Sequence record: OY723336.1
Strand: one strand, 5' to 3'
Length of the DNA: 9,730 nt
Shown here: one piece after another, positions 1 through 6,356 of the stretch
Layout: each line of letters opens with the position of its first letter
How positions within the stretch are numbered: the stretch's first letter is position 1
Notes under the pieces: model-generated
The model's input: only the letters and a program-made list of their open reading frames with translations
What the model was told of the DNA's origin: nothing
Database searches by the model: none
Position numbers and translations under genes: made by a program

Positions 1-80
1 TGCCAAAACCACCAAAATCGATGGTTTTGAGCACCCCAAATCACTCATTTTGGGGGTTTCGGGCCCTGTCCAATACCCTC

Positions 81-178
81 CATAATGGTCTCTTAGAGGA
101 TATGGGGTACTGCATGTAGGCCTCTCGGTAGCCCAGGATGCACGGAGGGACATTCCCTGTGGAGGTGATCTCCTCAGG
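81..178. repeat. R126 element, copy 1 (variant, 3' part replaced)
   Basis: cataatggtctcttagaggatatggggtactgcatgtaggcctctcggtagcccaggatgcacggagggacattccctgtggaggtgatctcctcagg. It shares the core with the other copies but lacks the tatcccgtatgccatatcctgtcattag tail. Confidence 0.85.
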
Positions 179-242
179 TTCCATAATGCCCTAGATGTGC
201 TAATCCCGTGCCGATACCTACTCGCAACACATGTTTTGGTAC

Positions 243-570
243 CCCTAAAACATGTATTTCGACCCATTTGGGGTCCTCATACCATGGCACCATCCTCTGT
301 GCACATACCATGTATCTAGAGGATGTGGTCTCCATAGGTATCGTGGGCATATCCCCTACCCTATGATATAGGTACCATGCAGAGCATGTGTACTCCTTAT
401 AGCATATGTAGTGATCCCCATGGTGTCTAAGGGATCTGGTGATGTACTGGATATCACCATAATCATGTAATCTGAGTACATCAAATCATGTGTTTCATGT
501 CATCAAATGCATGCAATATCATGATATCTGGTGTCTACTGGATACCCTCTATACATCATATAGTACCCAA
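243..570. repeat. ~330-bp leader segment, copy a (intra-unit duplication, period 1285 bp)
   Basis: ccctaaaacatgtatttcgacccatttggggtcctcataccatggcaccatcctctg...gagtacatcaaatcatg matches 1527-1853 at offset 1284-1285 with scattered substitutions and small indels. Confidence 0.85.
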
Positions 571-1325
571 ATACCTGCAAGGGCGGATCCTTATGGTTCC
601 CCTTGTATGGATATGCTGTAGTACTAGTGTTAGTGGGTACCATAATGAGTACATATCGAGTACTTCATATCATCAAATCATGTGTTTCATGTCATCAAAT
701 GCATGCCACTACATGATATCTGGTGATTACTGGATACTCCCTATATACCATATAGTACTCCATACACCTCTGCATGGTGTAATGGTACCCGTACTCCCCA
801 TGTACTGTATACCATAGGATACATGGTACTAATGGTGTGTATGCTGTTGTACTAGTGGTATTAGATGCGTATACCTACTCATAATGAGTACTTCATGTCA
901 TCAAAACACATGATTTCATGTCATCAAATCTATGCAATTACATGATATTCCGTGTATCTAATGATGTGCTGGATACTCCCTAATGGCCATAATGGCTCCT
1001 TAGAGGTATGGGGATACTCCCCGTAGGCCTCTCGGTAGCCTGGTATGCACAGAGGGACATTCCCTGTGGAGGTGGTCTCCTCAGGTATCCCGTATGCCAT
1101 ATCCTGTCATTAGATGTGTATACCTACTCATTTCATGTCATCAAATCATGTGTTTCATGTCATCAAATGCATGCCAATACCATGATATCTGGTGTTACAG
1201 GGACTCCTCTAGATACCCATAGTACTCCATATACTCCCGTAATGGTGTAATGGTACCCGTAGCCCCCATGTCCTATATACCATAGGATACATGGTCTGCT
1301 GGTATGTATCTAGTAGTACTCGTTG
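474..1325. repeat. H-monomer array 1 of unit 1 (about 4 monomers of 184-230 bp)
   Basis: Monomers are anchored at gagtac 474, 658 and 886, and at 1114. The 13-mer tcatgtcatcaaa occurs at 495, 687, 893, 916, 1133 and 1155. The shared block ccatacacctctgcatggtgtaatggtacccgtactccccatgtactgtataccataggatacatggtactaatggtgtgtatgctgttgtactagtggtattagatg is present. Confidence 0.85.
988..1113. repeat. R126 element, copy 2
   Basis: cataatggctccttagaggtatggggatactccccgtaggcctctcggtagcc...ccctgtggaggtggtctcctcaggtatcccgtatgccatatcctgtcattag. This is the source of the MGILPVGLSVA ORF family. Confidence 0.9.
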
Positions 1326-1343
1326 CCTGTACCCCTCCGAAAG

Positions 1344-1409
1344 GGTCTAAATACACCATTTTAGGGGTCCAAAACACCCATTTTAGGGTCCTAAAAGTGC
1401 TCATGGGGG
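1344..1409. repeat. Three tandem degenerate 22-bp dyad units
   Basis: ggtctaaatacaccattttagg (1344-1365), ggtccaaaacacccattttagg (1366-1387), gtcctaaaagtgctcatggggg (1388-1409). Confidence 0.8.
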
Positions 1410-1526
1410 TACCCCCACGAGCCCTTTTTATGACCATTTCTGGGCTTGATTTGCGGACCCCTTTTGGGGGATTGAATCACCCGTTTTGGTACCTCCAGAA
1501 AGGTGCCAAAAGTGGTCATTTTAGAC

Positions 1527-1853
1527 CCCTAAATCATGTATTTAGACCCTTTTGGGGGACCTCATACCATGGCACCATCCTCTGAGCACATACCATGTAT
1601 CTAGAGGATATGGTCTCCATAGGTATCATGAGGGATACCCCTACCCTATGATATAGGTACCATGCAGAGCATGTGTACTCCTTATAGCATATGTAGTGAT
1701 CCCCATGGTGTCTAAGGGATCTGGTGATGTACTGGATATCACCATAATCATGTAATCTGAGTACATCAAATCATGTGTTTTCATGTCATCAAATGCATGC
1801 AATACCATGATATCTGGTGTTACTGGATACCCTCATAGATACATATAGTACTC
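1527..1853. repeat. ~330-bp leader segment, copy b
   Basis: See 243-570. Both copies are followed by H-monomers. Confidence 0.85.
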
Positions 1854-2340
1854 CATACACCTCTGTAATGGTGGTATGTACCTGTATGCCCCATGTACTG
1901 TATACTACTGTATACATGGTACTAATGGTGTACATGGTGTAGTACTAGTGGTATTAGATGTGTATGCATACTACTAATGAGTACATGTAGACACCACATG
2001 CTCTGCAAGTTGGACCTTCTTCCAGTTCCCTTGAGGGATATGGGGTCCACTGGTACATGGGGTATATACTGCAGGTATCCCCTATACTGTACATAGTACT
2101 AGTAATGGTGTATACTGAGTACTTAGTGTGTATGCATACTGTTAATGAGTACATCGAATCATGTGTTTCATGTCATCAAATGCATGCAAGTACATGATAT
2201 CTGGTGTCTACTGGATACTCCCTATATACCATATAGTACTCCATACACCTCTGCATGGTGTAATGGTACCCGTACTCCCCATGTACTGTATACCATAGGA
2301 TACATGGTACTAATGGTGTGTATGCTGTTGTACTAGTGGT
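1782..2340. repeat. Variable middle of unit 1 (H-monomers only)
   Basis: Not collinear with 6357-7527. It consists of H-monomers anchored at gagtac 1759, 1979 and 2147, and 2147-2366 is a near copy of 658-885. Confidence 0.8.
2029..2087. repeat. Possible degenerate, internally deleted R126 remnant
   Basis: ccttgagggatatggggtcc ... ctgcaggtatcccctatac resembles the 5' (t[ct]agaggatatgggg) and 3' (ctcaggtatcccgtat) ends of R126, with the core missing. Confidence 0.4.
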
Positions 2341-3235
2341 ATTAGATGTGTATACCTACTCATAATGAGTACTTCATGTCATCAAATGCATGCATTTACA
2401 TGATGATACTGCTCATGAGTACCTACCCGTAGTAGTATACATGTAGTATCCATGGTATACATAGTACTCGTAGTGTATGCTGTTAGGCTATGATGTAGGG
2501 GTATCCCGTACCCCTCATACCATCCGTGCATACTACTAGTATCCTGTATATCACTAGATACTGTATATGATCATACGTGCAAACCATGTGTTCAGATGTC
2601 TCGAAACATGTGTTTTGGTGTCATGACATACACATTCTATACTACTAATGAGTACCTGTACATGGTATGTGCTGTAAGGGATACTAGGGGATATGGTGCA
2701 TACCTCTAATGGGGCATATGCTGCCATTAGGGATACCCCCAATACCTGTAGTACTCTGTATAGCTCATTACACCATGATATGCAATAGTAGTGGATTCGC
2801 TCATCTCGACTAGATCATGTCACGAAATGACATGTTTTGGGAGGTGTGCCGATACCCACTAGTAACACAGATACTGTATGGTATGCAGGTATCCCCATTC
2901 CCTCGATAAAGAGGCATCAGGGGATATGCACATGCCACCAGTACACTAAGGGATCCAAGGGGTGCCAAAAGGGGTCCAAAAGTGCTCATTTTAGGGGTAC
3001 CCGTAAATGGCATAATTGCCCCGATTTCGCGTACTCATATTCCTAAGGTCACTGTAAGGAATATGGTCTCCGGCGATGGCATTCCCATTGTGTGCATCCG
3101 AAAAGGGCATAAAATGACCCATTTTAGGCACTTTTGGGCCTTTTGGGGTCGCGAAAGTGCACATTAAGACCCCTAATGTCTCCAAAAGGGTCCAAAATGA
3201 TGCATTCGTTTTCTGCCTGACTCGGATCCGCCCTT

Positions 3236-3254
3236 CGCGCGCGCGCGCGTGTGT
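3236..3254. repeat. Alternating pyrimidine-purine microsatellite (CG)7 followed by TGTGT
   Basis: cgcgcgcgcgcgcgtgtgt read directly, 19 nt of strict Py-Pu alternation. Confidence 0.95.
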
Positions 3255-3372
3255 TACTATACACTAAGGGCACACAATTTAGGGGTTCCGAGCACCTCCA
3301 GACCCCCAATCCGACACCCTCTGGGATACCCTATCTGAGGGGTACGGGCCCGAATCCCTTAGGAGCACCTTA

Positions 3373-3398
3373 GGGATGGCATTGGGGAGGGGTCTGGG
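3373..3398 (+). other. Candidate G-quadruplex motif
   Basis: G-runs at 3373-3375, 3384-3387, 3389-3392 and 3396-3398, with loops of 8, 1 and 3 nt. The same sequence occurs at 8551-8576. Confidence 0.3.
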
Positions 3399-3547
3399 AG
3401 CACCCAGAAAGGGTCCCAAAACGAGTGATTTAGGGTCCAAAACACCCATTTTGGGAGGTCTCGGGATACCTCAGATACCCCATTTCTGGAGGTCTTGGGG
3501 TCCTCAGATCATGGCATCCGTGTCCTCAGATACCTAATACCTATGGT

Positions 3548-3651
3548 CTGCGAGTCCTTAGTACCTATCTGCATGGTCTGTATGCCCGTATCCTCTGTGC
3601 CATGTCCTCTGTGCATGTCCTCAGTACCTCTCTGCGAGTCCTTAGTACCTA
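3548..3651. repeat. Pair of exact 20-bp direct repeats, 84 bp apart
   Basis: ctgcgagtccttagtaccta occurs at 3548-3567 and 3632-3651. Confidence 0.9.
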
Positions 3652-3658
3652 ATGCCTA

Positions 3659-3706
3659 TACCTATCTGCATACCTATCTGCATACCTATCTGCATACCTA
3701 TCTGCA
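3659..3706. repeat. 12-bp minisatellite (tacctatctgca) x4
   Basis: Four perfect units: 3659-3670, 3671-3682, 3683-3694 and 3695-3706. Confidence 0.95.
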
Positions 3707-4002
3707 CAGGTCCTCAGATACATCGCGAGCATCCCCGGACCCCATATCTCATGATCTGATGGTCTCCGGATCCGCTCATGGTCTCCAGATCTGCACATCC
3801 CCAGACCCCTAATCCGATACCCACAGCATATGGTCTCATAGTATGTATCTAATGGTGATGGTATCCATAGTGGTCTGTATCCCTACTACACACACCATGG
3901 TATGTAGTGCATATGGTCTGTATGCCCTCATGGTCTCCGGATCCCTGCATCCCTGGATCCCATACCCATGGCATCCCCAGACCCCCGGATCTCATGATTC
4001 CA

Positions 4003-4068
4003 GACCCCAAATCCATCATTTTGAGACCTCTAAAATCATCATTTTAGACCCCAAAACCATGGATTTCA
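4003..4068. repeat. Three tandem degenerate 22-bp dyad units
   Basis: gaccccaaatccatcattttga (4003-4024), gacctctaaaatcatcatttta (4025-4046), gaccccaaaaccatggatttca (4047-4068). Confidence 0.8.
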
Positions 4069-4105
4069 GGTCCTCAGATATGCTCTCCGGGATGCTCGTA
4101 ATGGT

Positions 4106-4231
4106 CATAATGGCTCTCAGAGGATATGGGGATACTCCCCGTAGGCCTCTCGGTAGCCCAGGATGCACGGAGGGACATTCCCTGTGGAGGTGATCTCCTC
4201 AGGTATCCCGTATGCCATATCCTGTCATTAG
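4106..4231. repeat. R126 element, copy 3
   Basis: cataatggctctcagaggatatggggatactccccgtaggcctctcggtagcccaggatgcacggagggacattccctgtggaggtgatctcctcaggtatcccgtatgccatatcctgtcattag. Confidence 0.9.
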
Positions 4232-4657
4232 GTACCCATTCCGACCCATTTGGTGTCCCCAAAATCATCACTTTTGGTGACCAAAGGGGTACCCCTTTGC
4301 AACACGTTTTGGGACCCCCTAAAATGGTCACTTTTGGGACCTCTTTAGGTACCCTTCCCGGCACCCCTTAAGGGCCATCCTTCGAGGAATGGCACCATTT
4401 AGGGGGTCTGAAAGGGGGTCAGAAAGGGTGCTAAAAGGGTACATGCATGAGTACTCACACACCATCTTTAAGGGGTTTCGGGGGTTCTGTATCCCTCGAA
4501 GGATCCCCCTTAGTATATGGGGTGGTGTTCCCATGTGCAAAAGGGGCTAAAAGAGGTGTTTTCGACCCTTTTTGCATGCCAAAACCACCAAAATCGATGG
4601 TTTTGAGCACCCCCAAATCACTCATTTTGGGGGTTTCGGGCCCTGTCCAATACCCTC

Positions 4658-4755
4658 CATAATGGTCTCTTAGAGGATATGGGGTACTGCATGTAGGCCT
4701 CTCGGTAGCCCAGGATGCACGGAGGGACATTCCCTGTGGAGGTGATCTCCTCAGG
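4658..4755. repeat. R126 element, copy 4 (unit-2 counterpart of copy 1)
   Basis: By reading, identical to 81-178 at offset 4577. Confidence 0.85.
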
Positions 4756-4819
4756 TTCCATAATGCCCTAGATGTGCTAATCCCGTGCCGATACCTACTC
4801 GCAACACATGTTTTGGTAC

Positions 4820-5147
4820 CTCTAAAACATGTATTTCGACCCATTTGGGGTCCTCATACCATGGCACCATCCTCTGTGCACATACCATGTATCTAGAGGA
4901 TGTGGTCTCCATAGGTATCGTGGGCATATCCCCTACCCTATGATATAGGTACCATGCAGAGCATGTGTACTCCTTATAGCATATGTAGTGATCCCCATGG
5001 TGTCTAAGGGATCTGGTGATGTACTGGATATCACCATAATCATGTAATCTGAGTACATCAAATCATGTGTTTCATGTCATCAAATGCATGCAATATCATG
5101 ATATCTGGTGACTACTGGATACCCTCTATACATCATATAGTACCCAA
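4820..5147. repeat. ~330-bp leader segment, copy c (unit 2)
   Basis: Counterpart of 243-570 at offset 4577. Confidence 0.85.
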
Positions 5148-5902
5148 ATACCTGCAAGGGCGGATCCTTATGGTTCCCCTTGTACGGATATGCTGTAGTA
5201 CTAGTGTTAGTGGTACCCATAATGAGTACATATTGAGTACTTCATATCATCAAATCATGTGTTTCATGTCATCAAATGCATGCCATTACATGATATCTGG
5301 TGATTACTGGATACTCCCTATATACCATATAGTACTCCATACACCTCTGCATGGTGTAATGGTACCCGTACTCCCCATGTACTGTATACCATAGGATACA
5401 TGGTACTAATGGTGTGTATGCTGTTGTACTAGTGGTATTAGATGCGTATACCTACTCATAATGAGTACTTCATGTCATCAAAACACATGATTTCATGTCA
5501 TCAAATCTATGCAATTACATGATATTCCGTGTATCTAATGATGTGCTGGATACTCCCTAATGGCCATAATGGCTCCTTAGAGGTATGGGGATACTCCCCG
5601 TAGGCCTCTCGGTAGCCTGGATGTGCAGAGAGGGTATTCCCTGTGGAGGTGGTCTCCTCAGGTATCCCGTATGCCATATCCTGTCATTAGATGTGTATAC
5701 CTACTCATTTCATGTCATCAAATCATGTGTTTCATGTCATCAAATGCATGCCAATACCATGATATCTGGTGTTACAGGGACTCCTCTAGATACCCATAGT
5801 ACTCCATATACTCCCGTAATGGTGTAATGGTACCCGTAGCCCCCATGTCCTATATACCATAGGATACATGGTCTGCTGGTATGTATCTAGTAGTACTCGT
5901 TG
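5051..5902. repeat. H-monomer array 1 of unit 2
   Basis: Counterpart of 474-1325. tcatgtcatcaaa occurs at 5072, 5264, 5470, 5493, 5710 and 5732. Confidence 0.85.
5565..5690. repeat. R126 element, copy 5 (unit-2 counterpart of copy 2)
   Basis: Offset 4577 from 988-1113, but it carries the private variant ctggatgtgcagagagggtattccc. Confidence 0.9.
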
Positions 5903-5920
5903 CCTGTACCCCTCCGAAAG

Positions 5921-5986
5921 GGTCTAAATACACCATTTTAGGGGTCCAAAACACCCATTTTAGGGTCCTAAAAGTGCTCATGGGGG
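5921..5986. repeat. Three tandem degenerate 22-bp dyad units (unit-2 counterpart)
   Basis: Offset 4577 from 1344-1409. Confidence 0.8.
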
Positions 5987-6103
5987 TACCCCCACGAGCC
6001 CTTTTTATGACCATTTCTGGGCTTGATTTGCGGACCCCTTTTGGGGGATTGAATCACCCGTTTTGGTACCTCCAGAAAGGTGCCAAAAGTGGTCATTTTA
6101 GAC

Positions 6104-6356
6104 CCCTAAATCATGTATTTAGACCCTTTTGGGGACCTCATACCATGGCACCATCCTCTGAGCACATACCATGTATCTAGAGGATATGGTCTCCATAGGT
6201 ATCATGAGGGATACCCCTACCCTATGATATAGGTACCATGCAGAGCATGTGTACTCCTTATAGCATATGTAGTGATCCCCATGGTCTCTAAGGGATCTGG
6301 TGATGTCCTGGATATCACCATAATCATGTAATTGAGTACATCAAATCATGTGTTTT
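6104..6356. repeat. ~330-bp leader segment, copy d (truncated by the unit-2 unique segment)
   Basis: Counterpart of 1527-1781. Homology stops at 6356. Confidence 0.8.

Larger units (their letters stand above)
1..1781. repeat. Block A, copy 1
   Basis: Read side by side with 4577-6356: roughly 98-99% identical by eye. Differences include 1-bp indels (cccc 34-37 vs ccccc 4610-4614; ggggg 1554-1558 vs gggg 6131-6134; c1757 absent in copy 2) and a cluster of changes near 1043-1058 vs 5620-5635. Confidence 0.9.
1759..2420. repeat. H-monomer array 2 of unit 1
   Basis: gagtac anchors at 1759, 1979, 2147 and 2367. tcatgtcatcaaa occurs at 1781, 2168 and 2374. The last monomer decays into block C. Confidence 0.8.
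1..4576. repeat. Macro-repeat unit, copy 1 (4576 bp) of a head-to-tail tandem duplication
   Basis: 1-1781 aligns collinearly with 4577-6356 and 2341-4576 with 7528-9730. ORF-track peptides recur in the same order (488..817=5065..5394, 1008..1250=5585..5827, 2554..2742=7732..7920, 3843..4193=8997..9347). Confidence 0.93.
2341..4576. repeat. Block C, copy 1
   Basis: Collinear with 7528-9730. It has an extra 9 nt (aatgagtac, 2364-2372) and an extra 24 nt (two 12-mers within 3659-3706). ORF peptides from 2810 to 4540 are identical between copies except for one I/T and one S/P change. Confidence 0.9.
4577..6356. repeat. Block A, copy 2
   Basis: Collinear with 1-1781 (offset 4576 to 4577 to 4575). 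Homology ends after catgtgtttt (1772-1781 / 6347-6356). Confidence 0.9.

Noticed and set aside
1-480. Long reading frames under an alternative genetic code (TAA/TAG or TGA reassigned)
   Set aside because: Frame 2 from base 2 stays open for about 145 codons if TAA/TAG are read through. However, the paralogous copy carries a 1-bp insertion (ccccc 4610-4614) inside that frame, TGA stops still interrupt it, and the other frames behave no better. There is no sign of coding constraint.
1008-1250. The recurrent MGILPVGLSVA... ORF family (1008, 4126, 5585, 7427, 9280), considered as a small conserved protein
   Set aside because: All start inside R126, and the downstream sequence differs with the flanking context (80, 81 or 71 aa with unrelated C-termini). 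The complementary strand of the same element is equally open (RRSPPQGMSLRASWATERPT in 4074..4364 and 4455..4844). There is no upstream ribosome-binding or promoter context that I can defend.
1359-1388. Telomere repeats (tttaggg, ttttgggg units)
   Set aside because: These are only single, isolated heptamer or octamer units embedded in the 22-bp dyad family. There are no tandem telomeric arrays anywhere in the window.
474-2420. A CRISPR-like array, because a short exact repeat (tcatgtcatcaaa) recurs at semi-regular spacing
   Set aside because: The spacing is about 190-240 bp rather than about 60-75 bp. The intervening 'spacers' are themselves repeated monomer sequence. The 13-mer is too short, and there are no cas genes or leader.
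4519-4530. ggggtggtgttc (also at 9673-9684), which resembles the kinetoplast minicircle universal sequence GGGGTTGGTGTA. This was tempting given the possible circular two-half organisation
   Set aside because: It is not an exact 12-mer (one deletion plus one mismatch). I could not place convincing CSB-1 and CSB-2 blocks at the expected spacing, and the repeated halves are about 4 kb rather than a conserved region of about 120 bp. It is worth a database search but is not supportable from the sequence alone.
4455-4844. The longest ORF in the track (129 aa, minus strand), and the other ORFs of 90 aa or more (488..817, 3495..3812, 3843..4193, 4074..4364, 6461..6790), considered as possible genes
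   Set aside because: No recognisable domain or motif. The skewed Y/H/T/S/P/G composition mirrors the DNA repeats. The ORFs overlap ORFs on the opposite strand. They span repeat-family junctions, and the copies differ by frameshifting 1-bp indels or by 24-bp slippage. Their conservation is explained by DNA duplication, not by selection on a protein.
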